Part shown: piece by piece, positions 48,171 to 57,404 of the stretch
How the letters are laid out: the number at the start of each line of letters is the position of its first letter
How positions within the stretch are numbered: position 1 is the stretch's first letter
NCBI GenBank assembly: GCA_026413945.1
Contig: JAOAJX010000003.1
Coordinates: forward strand, 21,002 to 85,001
Length of the DNA: 64,000 nucleotides
Reading direction: 5' to 3'
DNA from: Candidatus Iainarchaeum sp.
Lineage (GTDB): Archaea > Iainarchaeota > Iainarchaeia > Iainarchaeales > DTGL01
Translations under genes and position numbers: made by a program
Notes under the pieces: generated by a model
Told to the model about the DNA's origin: nothing
Seen by the model: only the letters and a program-made list of their open reading frames with translations
Databases searched by the model: none

Positions 48171-48243
48171 CTATTTCTTAGTGAAAAAGCAATATTTTTT
48201 GTTAGCAACAGGGTTTTAAACATTCTACACTTTAAAAAGATAG

Positions 48244-49245
48244 ATGCTCGGAAGAAAATTAGCTGAAGTAAATGTACAAAAAGCCTTTCAGAAGGCAATA
48301 ATCGCACTTTTATTTCTAATAGCTTTTTTTGCTGTTTTATTGAAGCTTAGCGGCTCTTTTCAAGAAATTAAGAATGCTAATTTGTTCCTTATCTTGCTCT
48401 CATCTCTTTCTTTTATCTTATCTGCGCTTGTTTGGGCTTTTGCATGGGCTTTTGTTTTAAGAAAAGAGCATAGCTTAAGTTACAGAAATGCCTCTTTTTT
48501 GGGAATATCTTCAATGTTCGCATCTTTTACACCGATGCAGCTTGGCAATGATGCATTAAGGGCTTTTCTGCTTAAAGAATATTTTGGAGTGCCCTTATAC
48601 AAAGGCATAGGCGCAAGCATGGTAATAAAAGGCATAAAGTTTCTCACATTGGCTTTTTTCTCTTTGGTAGCCTTGCTGTCAATACCATTTCAAGCACTAG
48701 GAGCTGCACTTTTATTATCTTTTATGGTTGGTCTTTTGGTAATTGCAATCTCAGCAGCAATTCTTCTTTTGCCAATAAGCAGAAGGTTAAACAATAAAAT
48801 TCGCAAATTTTTTATGGCTCTCTCATTAAAGTTTAAAGTGTTCTCCAGTTTAGATTATTTGCTTTCCGAGTATTCTTACTTTCTGGGCGACAAAATAGCT
48901 CTCTTACCCAAGGTATTTGCTTTTTGCATAGCCGCATTTACTTTTGAGTTCCTGTGCTTTGCATTTTCAGCATTTTCTGTTGGCCTTTACCTTGAATTTA
49001 GCATGCTTCTATTGATTTTCTTTGCAATATCTTTGCTTGAGAGGGTTCCCTTTGCTCCCCGTGGCTTTGGCCTTGTGGAAACGGCAACATATCTTTTCCT
49101 ATCAAGGAGCCCATTTGGCTTTTCACAAGCAAAACTGGTTTCTTTCATAGCAATATTTGATTTCTCAAGAATAATTTTGCCAACTGCAGTTTCGTTGCTT
49201 GCTTTTGCAGGACTTCGCAGAAGGTGCCTATTTAAGCAAAAATAA
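48244..49245 (+). CDS. UPF0104 / lysylphosphatidylglycerol synthase TM (flippase-like) protein
   Basis: FTPMQLGNDALRA, PFAPRGFGLVE; multi-TM. Confidence 0.85.
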   Translation: MLGRKLAEVNVQKAFQKAIIALLFLIAFFAVLLKLSGSFQEIKNANLFLILLSSLSFILSALVWAFAWAFVLRKEHSLSYRNASFLGISSMFASFTPMQLGNDALRAFLLKEYFGVPLYKGIGASMVIKGIKFLTLAFFSLVALLSIPFQALGAALLLSFMVGLLVIAISAAILLLPISRRLNNKIRKFFMALSLKFKVFSSLDYLLSEYSYFLGDKIALLPKVFAFCIAAFTFEFLCFAFSAFSVGLYLEFSMLLLIFFAISLLERVPFAPRGFGLVETATYLFLSRSPFGFSQAKLVSFIAIFDFSRIILPTAVSLLAFAGLRRRCLFKQK

Positions 49246-50175
49246 AATAATTGTCCAGAAAGCACAATTGGCCGCAACACAAAGCCACATAATTGCAACA
49301 ATTGCCGGCTCTTTTTTCGGACCAACTAAAAGCACCACCATTTTGGCAAAGTCAAGTTTTCTGCTTTCAGGAACCCCAAGAGTGCCATCTCTGTTTATCT
49401 TGTAAGGCGGCTCCTTTTTTTGGCTAGGATCCTTTGGATTAGTAAGTATTTTTAAAGAAAAATCAATCATGTGCGGCAAGAAGAAAGGAAAAGTCACAAA
49501 CATAAGCCATAGTGATTTTTGCATTACAACGATGCCTGCTATGGCAGAGCCGATTAAAAGAGTTCCGGAATCGCCAGGAAAAACCTTGGCAGGATATCTG
49601 TTTAAAATAAGAAAACCCAATAGTGAGCAAATAAATGGTAAAAAAACCAAAGATAAGTATGTTTTGTCAGGCAAGAGCACAAGCGCAAAGAAAATCGAAA
49701 TTATAAGCCCCGAACCAGCCTCTAAGCCATTAAGCCCAGCGAATGTGTTTTCAAAACTAGCAACGCCTGCAAGGTAAAGTGCTGCTAGAACAACTAGCAA
49801 AAGATTGCTGCCAAAGAAGGTAAATGAGAACAGCAGCGAAAGTACTGCTATTATTGCAGCCCTGAAGCGCCAAGGTATCGCTTTTGCTTTTGCCTTGTGC
49901 TTCATATCATCTATATAGCCAACTATAGAAAAACCGCTCACCATAATAGCCCAGGCAATAAAGCTAAAATCCCATTCACCTATAGAGGCCAATATTGCTG
50001 TCAACCATATTGGCAACAACATTGCAATACCTGTGCTTTCAGGCAACGCTGGCTTATCAACTTTGTTTATGTCTATTCCCTTTATGCCAACCTTAATATT
50101 GTGCTTTGCAACTGCTTTTACTAGCAAATAGGTTAAAGCGAAGCAAGTCAAACATAAAGCCAATATTTTAAGCAA
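49228..50175 (-). CDS. MraY/GPT family polyprenyl-phosphate HexNAc-1-phosphate transferase (AglH-like)
   Basis: GIDINK...LPESTG, GYIDD, NTFAGLNGLEAG, NRYPAKVFPGDSGT. Confidence 0.9.
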   Translation of the reverse strand: MLKILALCLTCFALTYLLVKAVAKHNIKVGIKGIDINKVDKPALPESTGIAMLLPIWLTAILASIGEWDFSFIAWAIMVSGFSIVGYIDDMKHKAKAKAIPWRFRAAIIAVLSLLFSFTFFGSNLLLVVLAALYLAGVASFENTFAGLNGLEAGSGLIISIFFALVLLPDKTYLSLVFLPFICSLLGFLILNRYPAKVFPGDSGTLLIGSAIAGIVVMQKSLWLMFVTFPFFLPHMIDFSLKILTNPKDPSQKKEPPYKINRDGTLGVPESRKLDFAKMVVLLVGPKKEPAIVAIMWLCVAANCAFWTIILFLLK

Positions 50176-50230
50176 CCATCCACCTTCATATCTTTTACAT
50201 GATAAGTTTTAAATTGTAAACTAATTATTC

Positions 50231-51490
50231 TTATGCGATATTTTTTGTCTTCATAATTTCCATTAAAACAGTTGTTGCGTAGCTACCCTTTTCCAGCTCA
50301 AAGTATATTTTGCATAGATTTTTACCAGGGAAAAAGTCATCGGCACGAATTTCAAGAACAGCCAACTTTTCTGGAACTACTACTATTTTTCTGCGGGCCC
50401 CAGCACTCGAGCATTCAGGCATCTTTTTAACTTTAAACATAGAAAAGTCAATATCCTCTTCTGCAAGCACTTCCCTTTCAATCTTCCCAATGGCACCGGC
50501 AGTAAAAGACGAGTCAAAGCCTGGCAACAAACCTAAAGGCACGCCATTATCGTGCGGTTCACCATTAATTGCTTTTAGGCACGTGTTTGTTTCAAGTCGC
50601 CTATCAAGTATTCTGTTGAACAAATATGCTTGATAGGCGTGTGTAAAAAGGAAAACAATCTTTTTAGGTAGTTTTCTTAAAGCCCCAACATAGTCTCCCC
50701 TGTGTGATGCCAAATGATGAAGCATTGCCCTTTCGTACCTATATTTTTTTGGAAATGAATTGAGAGCACCTCTCAAGTCATTCTTTGCTGCTAACCTCCT
50801 AGCTTCCCTAACGGCTTCGCTTTCTTGCTCAGATTCCGTAGAAAGATAAATCATTACTGCATTTTCATAGTTGCCCTTTATTATCTCCTTACCGACAAGA
50901 TGACTTATATTTCTTATACCACCAAATCTCTGAGCCCCAAAATAATTCGCAATACCATTTTTCATCTCCCTAAAGCAAGATTCAACATTTGCCTTTATCT
51001 CATCTTCACCAAGGCCAATATTTCTTATTGTTACTGTAAAAGCATTTCCAGAAAGCATTCCCAAGTCTATTTGATTTTCAGCCCATAAAGCTTTCTTAAG
51101 CAAGATAGTATTGGTTCCAAAACCAATGATAAGATCAAGATTTGGTTTAAATATACTTATGCGTTGGCATGTTATTGCTCTTTTGTCTTTTATGCCAGCA
51201 TATCCAATTCTTCTTGGGCTACAGTGCAGAGCCCTTGAAAGCTGCCTTATCGCATCGTGCAAATCCCTGTTTTTTTTCTGTAGCTCAACCCAAAGATAGC
51301 TTTTCTCAACACCATCCGGCTTATCAAGAAACGGCTTTCCAAAATCTTCTATAGTAACTGCACATTTGTAACTTTCGTGTAGCTCCTCAACAATAAAATC
51401 AGCATACCTGTGCTTTATTTTGCCGCCAATGCCAGGGCTTTTTGTTGAGAATCGCCACAATGTAGAATTTTCTTGCATTTCCGCCATCAC
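50231..51490 (-). CDS. truD: tRNA pseudouridine(13) synthase TruD
   Basis: DFIVEE, YAGIKDKRAITCQ, GNAFTVTIR, NYFGAQRFG, KGSYATT. Confidence 0.96.
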   Translation of the reverse strand: MMAEMQENSTLWRFSTKSPGIGGKIKHRYADFIVEELHESYKCAVTIEDFGKPFLDKPDGVEKSYLWVELQKKNRDLHDAIRQLSRALHCSPRRIGYAGIKDKRAITCQRISIFKPNLDLIIGFGTNTILLKKALWAENQIDLGMLSGNAFTVTIRNIGLGEDEIKANVESCFREMKNGIANYFGAQRFGGIRNISHLVGKEIIKGNYENAVMIYLSTESEQESEAVREARRLAAKNDLRGALNSFPKKYRYERAMLHHLASHRGDYVGALRKLPKKIVFLFTHAYQAYLFNRILDRRLETNTCLKAINGEPHDNGVPLGLLPGFDSSFTAGAIGKIEREVLAEEDIDFSMFKVKKMPECSSAGARRKIVVVPEKLAVLEIRADDFFPGKNLCKIYFELEKGSYATTVLMEIMKTKNIA

Positions 51491-52731
51491 TACCTATACC
51501 TTAATATTCCGCCAAGGCCACCAAATGTTTTCCAAAATTGCTCGCCTTCGTCAGTTTCAGTGCTTATTATTATTGTTTTTGTGCCCATTTTTTCAGCTTT
51601 TTTCATCAACAATTCAACGTAATCATTCTCTTCCAAAATTTCCATCTCATAGCCACATTTATCACACTTTAGACTAGGCGACTCCGACTCCTCAATTGTA
51701 ACCATCTTTTGAAAGCCGCAATGAGTGCATTGCATTTTGTATGCTGTTTTATTTATCCTCTCGCTTATGAGAAGCTTTGCAACTTTTCCAGATTCGAGCG
51801 CATCAATAGTTTCCTTTTCACCATATACTGCAAGCCCTGTTTTTATTATGTTTGTCATGAATTCGCTGACTGCTTCCTTTTCTTTCACTACTGCTGCGTT
51901 TTTTAGAAGCTCCTTGCCCCTTTCAATAGCTTCCTTTATCCCATACTCGTCAGTATATGATGTACTAACAGTGCCAATAATTTTGCTCTTTAATCTATAA
52001 TCCAAAAAGTCCTTTTCGAGAAAAGTTTCTTTTGTAAAGCCGGGCCCAGCAACTATAATACCATTTAGCTTTTCAGCATAAGGCACTAAAGCGCTGTTTA
52101 CTGCTTCGCTCACTTTCTTGTAAAAGTTGTGTTCTGCCTCTTCACGCAGATGCTCAAATCGCTTTGCAGATTGGCCACCTGCGCGTTGCTTTCCTGCAAC
52201 ATTGCTGTTGAAGTGCCCTATTATCTCATAAGATTTGCCCTTAAGTATTGCGATGGTTGCCTCATTCTTGTCTATGGTAATTATTCCGTAGATTTCGGTT
52301 GGTAAAACCATTTGCTTTAATGGCTCTAGGTTAAACTCCGAATCGCACCAATACATTTTCGTTTCTAGCTTTTTTATAGGGACTACCGTAAATAATCTTA
52401 TGTCCGATTTTCCTTCCTGCTTAGAGATGTTCCCGCAGAAAATAGCAAGCCCATTTTTTGGAATATCAAAGTCAATTTGCTTTATAAGGTTTATTATTCT
52501 CTTAAGAGCACTCTGCACATTTTTTCTCGTGCTCGGATCTTTAATATTTGAACTCTGACTTTTTTCATTTATAAGCTGTGACATTATTGCACTTCTATCG
52601 GCGCCATATGGGACGTAAAGAGAAATAAGCTCTGTACCACTGCCTTTTAAAGAACTCAGTTTTCTTAGCTTTTTGTTGAACAGGTTCAGCTCACTATCGC
52701 TTATTTCCTCTATAAAGTCCTTTTTCATCAT
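51490..52731 (-). CDS. prf1: Peptide chain release factor aRF1
   Basis: GTELISLY, NIKD, YWCDSEF, GGQSAKRF, Zn-ribbon insert, GGLGGILRY. Confidence 0.96.
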   Translation of the reverse strand: MMKKDFIEEISDSELNLFNKKLRKLSSLKGSGTELISLYVPYGADRSAIMSQLINEKSQSSNIKDPSTRKNVQSALKRIINLIKQIDFDIPKNGLAIFCGNISKQEGKSDIRLFTVVPIKKLETKMYWCDSEFNLEPLKQMVLPTEIYGIITIDKNEATIAILKGKSYEIIGHFNSNVAGKQRAGGQSAKRFEHLREEAEHNFYKKVSEAVNSALVPYAEKLNGIIVAGPGFTKETFLEKDFLDYRLKSKIIGTVSTSYTDEYGIKEAIERGKELLKNAAVVKEKEAVSEFMTNIIKTGLAVYGEKETIDALESGKVAKLLISERINKTAYKMQCTHCGFQKMVTIEESESPSLKCDKCGYEMEILEENDYVELLMKKAEKMGTKTIIISTETDEGEQFWKTFGGLGGILRYR

Positions 52732-52831
52732 CGCGCAACACACTCAATGACCAAATTAGCTAATAAGGCATATGCTTTAAATATAATTAAAACTACTATA
52801 AATAAGAATAAAAACCTTAAGAGGTGCAAAA

Positions 52832-53617
52832 ATGTTCGATGAAAGCTTCTTCAAGATATTCAATGAGAGCCAAGCATCAGAAAAGCAACCCACAGAGAGT
52901 TCTGGTGATGTTGAAGAAATAGATTTTGATAGAAAGCCTGTTGTTCTTTCCGTGGGCGGCTCTCTTATAGCACAAGAGAAGCCAAACGCTTCTTTTATTG
53001 GCAAATTTTCCGAAAAAATAAAAGAGCTCTGGACTGAAGGCCACAGATTTGCGATAGTAGTTGGCGGCGGAGCTATATGCAGAAACTACATTGCCGCAGC
53101 AAAAGCTTTGGGAGCAAACAACTATTCTGCAGATGCTTTGGCAATAATGGTTACGCGAGTAAATGCAATGTTATTAATACAAGGCCTTGAAAAAGCATAT
53201 CCCCAAGTGCTTGAAAATGTGTTCGCTTCGAAGAAGGTTTTAAATGCAGGCATGATTCCTGTTTACGGTGGCCTTTTGCCAGGCATAACTACGGATTGTG
53301 TTGCAGCATTATTGGCAGAATTTCTTGGCGGAACTTTCATTAACCTCACAAATGTAGATGGAGTATATTCATCAGATCCGAGGGATAATCCAAGGGCGAA
53401 GTTTTACCCAGAAATTTCATATGAGCGCTTAATTTCTTTAATTTCTGTAGCAGAAAGCAAGCCCGGGCAAAATTTAGTGATGGATTTGCCGTCCTGCCTT
53501 ATTCTGAAGCGCTCTAAAATACCTGCTATAATTCTAAATGGAAATGATTTAGATAATTTTGCTTCAGCAGTTCGCGGTCTCCCCTTTAAGGGGACAAAGG
53601 TTTGTGAAAAGGCCTAA
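52832..53617 (+). CDS. pyrH: Uridylate kinase
   Basis: VVLSVGGS, VVGGG..CRNYI, PGITTD, TNVDGVYSSDP. Confidence 0.94.
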   Translation: MFDESFFKIFNESQASEKQPTESSGDVEEIDFDRKPVVLSVGGSLIAQEKPNASFIGKFSEKIKELWTEGHRFAIVVGGGAICRNYIAAAKALGANNYSADALAIMVTRVNAMLLIQGLEKAYPQVLENVFASKKVLNAGMIPVYGGLLPGITTDCVAALLAEFLGGTFINLTNVDGVYSSDPRDNPRAKFYPEISYERLISLISVAESKPGQNLVMDLPSCLILKRSKIPAIILNGNDLDNFASAVRGLPFKGTKVCEKA

Positions 53618-54573
53618 GCTTTTTTAAAGATCGTTTTTAGTTCCTCGAAAGTTATTGCGGGAGTTTTCCAGTGTGCTAAATCATCACTTATGCGTGGGCA
53701 AGCAATTATTACATAACAATCAAGCATAAAATCTAAAAGTGAAGTTTCAGATACAATTTCGGTTGCAATAAGAACTGCTTTTCTGCCATTTTTCTCAAGA
53801 ATTCTCTTTGCCTCAAATGCTTCTCTTTCAAAAAACTGCCCTGGCTTTGTACTCATAACAACTCCAAAGTTTTTAGCATGATATGCCTTTAGCATTGCAA
53901 AATTCCTCTTGATGAGTTTTTTTTCAATATCCTTAAAACTTAGCAATGATATTTTCTTCGAAAGAGGATCTAAAATAATAACATTTTTACCTGTATTTTT
54001 TGAAATACCAATGGCATGGAAAAAACCATCTCCAACAAATAAAACATTTTCAGCATTGCATTCTGCAGCTTTTGTTTCACAACCCAAAACCATGCCTTTT
54101 TTTTCATGCCGGCCCTTTTTTAGCAATATGCTTATGCCAAGCCTTTTTGCTTCTTTTTTGAGCCATTTTAGAAGCAATAAATATTGTGCTGTCGCTGTTC
54201 CACAGACTTTCTTAATTCCACTCGAGGATAAATGCTCATAGAGAATTCTGAGCAACTCTTCTTTTTCAGCATGGTTAAACTCGTATCTAAGAGGAATATA
54301 AACAATGCCCTTCATTTTAATCATTTTTTCATGACCTATATGGATTACTAAATCTGGTTTTATTGCACTTATTGTGCCAATTGGTATATCGCATGCTCCA
54401 AAGCAGGAATCAGCAGAGATTATGAAAGTAGTGTATAATCTATTCTCCAAATCTTGCAACAAATTATTTAGCTTCATCTTTACACCTGCTGGTGCCTGCA
54501 CAAGCACTTTCTTTGCACGATTCTTTTTTATTGCATTTTCAATTTTTTTTATATCAATGTAAAGCTCGACCAT
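53614..54573 (-). CDS. dph2: Diphthamide biosynthesis enzyme Dph2
   Basis: CFGACD, HIGH, VLGC, GDGFFHA, STKPGQ, ACPRI. Confidence 0.93.
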   Translation of the reverse strand: MVELYIDIKKIENAIKKNRAKKVLVQAPAGVKMKLNNLLQDLENRLYTTFIISADSCFGACDIPIGTISAIKPDLVIHIGHEKMIKMKGIVYIPLRYEFNHAEKEELLRILYEHLSSSGIKKVCGTATAQYLLLLKWLKKEAKRLGISILLKKGRHEKKGMVLGCETKAAECNAENVLFVGDGFFHAIGISKNTGKNVIILDPLSKKISLLSFKDIEKKLIKRNFAMLKAYHAKNFGVVMSTKPGQFFEREAFEAKRILEKNGRKAVLIATEIVSETSLLDFMLDCYVIIACPRISDDLAHWKTPAITFEELKTIFKKA

Positions 54574-54667
54574 AACAATCGCTATAGTTATTATTTATCG
54601 TGCGTTCGTATTTATACACTTGTGTTATACCAAGATTTAATATGTGAAAACCAAATCCACTTTTAGC

Positions 54668-57373
54668 TTAGTTTTCGTTTTTCATTAATTCGCTTATTTG
54701 CTTCGTGCTTTCAATTAGTAGCTTCTTTTCTTCGCTTATCACAACTGCCCTTATCTTTTCAACGCTATCAATATTAGCAGATACTGAGTCAATGCCATAT
54801 TTAATTAGTATTTTTACCATTTCTGGATTGCTTGCTGCTTGGCCACAGATTGATGTAGTTACGCCAGCTTTCTTGCATGCATCTATTACCATCTTGATCA
54901 GCTTAAGTACGCCGGGGTGCATCTCGTTGAAATATTTTTGTATACGCTCGTTGTTCCTGTCAAGACCAAGAGTTAACTGTGTGAGATCATTTGTGCCAAA
55001 TGATATAAAATCAATGCCTTCAGCAATGATGTCTTCTATTGTAAGTGCTGCTGATGGCACTTCAATCATAACACCGAACTCAAGTACTCCTTTCTCTCTT
55101 TTAAGGCCAACTTCCTCAGCAACCTTTTTTGCCTCACGTATCTGCTCTGCAGTGTGCACAAATGGAAGCATAACCCCTATGTTTGAATAGCCCTCATCGA
55201 TAAGTTGCTTTATTGCGATGAATTGTGCTTTAAGCAAATCTTTCTGGTCGAGGTCTCTCCTAATTCCATGCCACCCCAGCATTGGATTTTCTTCGTGTGG
55301 CTCATATTTGCCGCCTTCAAGATTCCTGAACTCATCTGTTCTTGCATCAAAAGTCCTGTACCAGACAGGTTTTCCTTTAAATTTAGAAACAACTTGCTCT
55401 ATGCCATCATGGACTGCCTTTACAAGCTTGTCAAACTCATTTCTCCTCAAATACTCTGCAGGGTGAATACCTTGTGCAGTTATCATGTGCTCAGCTCTCA
55501 ATAAACCAACCCCATCTGCACCAGTTTTAGCTGCTCTTTCAGCCGCTTCTGGAAGAGCAACATTGACTTTCACTGCTGGCGCAAGCTCCGAAAGAAGTTT
55601 TAATATCATTCGCTCCTCTTCTTCCAACTCCGATTTTTCCATTTCTTCCGCTTTTATGCCCCCAAATCTCTCAATAATCTCCTCTGCTTCTTCTTTGTGC
55701 TCTTTTATTTTACTTCTCTCACCAATGCTTCTCTGTATAGCTTCTTTTATCCTGCTTATTTTAACTTGCAGTGCACCCACTCTTTCCCTTTCTTCTTTTA
55801 CTTCATCTAAAACTTCCTGTTTTTCTTTTAACTGTTCTGCCATTCCTTTGAGGCCCGCCTTTGGCTTAGAATAAACATCCTCTTTCTGCAAGACTTTATA
55901 CCTTTCGCTTTCTTCACTTTTGAGCTCAAGTTTTATTGCTTCTTCTATCTCATCTATTTCTTGAAGGCGTATTATCTTGTCTGTTGTTTTTTCTGGCATT
56001 GCTAAATGTACTTCTCCTTCATAGACGAATCCTTTATAACCGTCAACTGTAACAACTACGTCATCTTTCAAGACCTTGGTTGCATTCTCTGTTCCTACCA
56101 CACAAGGTATGCCAAGCTCCCTGCTAACAATTGCCGCGTGGCAAGTTGTGCCTCCCTCATCTGTGACAATTGCCGCAGATTTTTTCATTATCGGAACCCA
56201 ATCTGGATTGGTCATCTTAGTTACCAGAATTTGCCCCTCTTTTACTTTTGCTATTGCAGAGATATTTGGTACTACAGAAACTTTACCAGTTACAATTCCC
56301 GGGCTTGCAGCAAGGCCATCTAATAATATTTTATTCTCAAATTTCTCCACCTCAACTCTTCTTCGGAACTCACTTTCAATCTTATCTTTGAGTGATAGCG
56401 TTGTTATTGCTCTGCTCTGCAATATTTTTACCTCATTTCCTTCTATGGCCCACTCAATATCTTGTGGTGCCTTATAATGAGCTTCAATCTGTCTTCCAAT
56501 TTTTGCTATTTCTATTATTTTATCATCACCAATCTTTTGCTTTGCACCCTTATTTTGGAGTAGCTTAACTTTTCTTGTTTTCTCCCCCTCTTTTTTTAAC
56601 ATCCACTTTTGGTAGCTTATTTTTTTGTCAATTATCTTTAATGTGTTTTTGTCTACTACATACGTGTCTGGAGTTATGCTTCCCGAAACAATAGCTTCAC
56701 CGAGGCCAAAACAGGCCTCTATTATTATTTTGCTCGTATCCCCTGTTGGATCTGCTGTAAACATTACACCGCTTTTTTCAGAATCAACCATGCTTTGCAC
56801 TACGACAGCTATTCCAACCTTTTCTGTAGCAAAGTTCTTTTTCTTTCTGTAGAATACTGCTCTTGCAGTAAACAATGATGCCCAGCAGTTCTTTACTGCT
56901 GTAAGCAATTCTTGGCAGCCATGAACATTAAGATAAGTTTCCTGTTGTCCCGCAAAGCTTGCTTCTGGCAAATCTTCAGCAGTAGCAGAACTTCTTACAG
57001 CAACAAAAGCCTGTTCGCTTGAGGTTAACCAGGCAATGCGGTGCTTCCCAAGCTTGTTGTATTCGCAAAGTATTTCTCTTTTGAGACCTTCACTCATAGG
57101 CGTCTTTTTTATAAGTGTGCGGATTTCAGCCGTTGTTCTCTTCAGTTTTTCTGTATCATCAACGTTTAGATTTTCAATTTTATCAATAATGGTTTTCTTA
57201 ATACCGGTTTCTTCTATAAAGTTGAAATAAGCATTTGAGGTAATTATGAATCCGCACGGTACCGGGAAATTTGCACTAGCAAGTTCACCGAGATTGGCAC
57301 CTTTGCCACCTACGAGAGGTATATCTTTAGCGCTTACCTCATGAAACCAAACTATGTTGCGCACAAATGTCAC
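54668..57373 (-). CDS. ppsA: Phosphoenolpyruvate synthase with a coiled-coil insertion
   Basis: VGGKGANLGEL, AVRSSATAEDL, TCHAAIVSRELG, ENPMLGWHG, SFGTNDLTQ, SICGQA. Confidence 0.96.
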   Translation of the reverse strand: MTFVRNIVWFHEVSAKDIPLVGGKGANLGELASANFPVPCGFIITSNAYFNFIEETGIKKTIIDKIENLNVDDTEKLKRTTAEIRTLIKKTPMSEGLKREILCEYNKLGKHRIAWLTSSEQAFVAVRSSATAEDLPEASFAGQQETYLNVHGCQELLTAVKNCWASLFTARAVFYRKKKNFATEKVGIAVVVQSMVDSEKSGVMFTADPTGDTSKIIIEACFGLGEAIVSGSITPDTYVVDKNTLKIIDKKISYQKWMLKKEGEKTRKVKLLQNKGAKQKIGDDKIIEIAKIGRQIEAHYKAPQDIEWAIEGNEVKILQSRAITTLSLKDKIESEFRRRVEVEKFENKILLDGLAASPGIVTGKVSVVPNISAIAKVKEGQILVTKMTNPDWVPIMKKSAAIVTDEGGTTCHAAIVSRELGIPCVVGTENATKVLKDDVVVTVDGYKGFVYEGEVHLAMPEKTTDKIIRLQEIDEIEEAIKLELKSEESERYKVLQKEDVYSKPKAGLKGMAEQLKEKQEVLDEVKEERERVGALQVKISRIKEAIQRSIGERSKIKEHKEEAEEIIERFGGIKAEEMEKSELEEEERMILKLLSELAPAVKVNVALPEAAERAAKTGADGVGLLRAEHMITAQGIHPAEYLRRNEFDKLVKAVHDGIEQVVSKFKGKPVWYRTFDARTDEFRNLEGGKYEPHEENPMLGWHGIRRDLDQKDLLKAQFIAIKQLIDEGYSNIGVMLPFVHTAEQIREAKKVAEEVGLKREKGVLEFGVMIEVPSAALTIEDIIAEGIDFISFGTNDLTQLTLGLDRNNERIQKYFNEMHPGVLKLIKMVIDACKKAGVTTSICGQAASNPEMVKILIKYGIDSVSANIDSVEKIRAVVISEEKKLLIESTKQISELMKNEN

Positions 57374-57404
57374 CTCAATAAATAAAGCATTTTTATTTAT
57401 TAAA

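Noticed and set aside
55580-55999. Intein in ppsA
   Set aside because: No splice-junction residues or homing endonuclease motifs; reported instead as a coiled-coil insert
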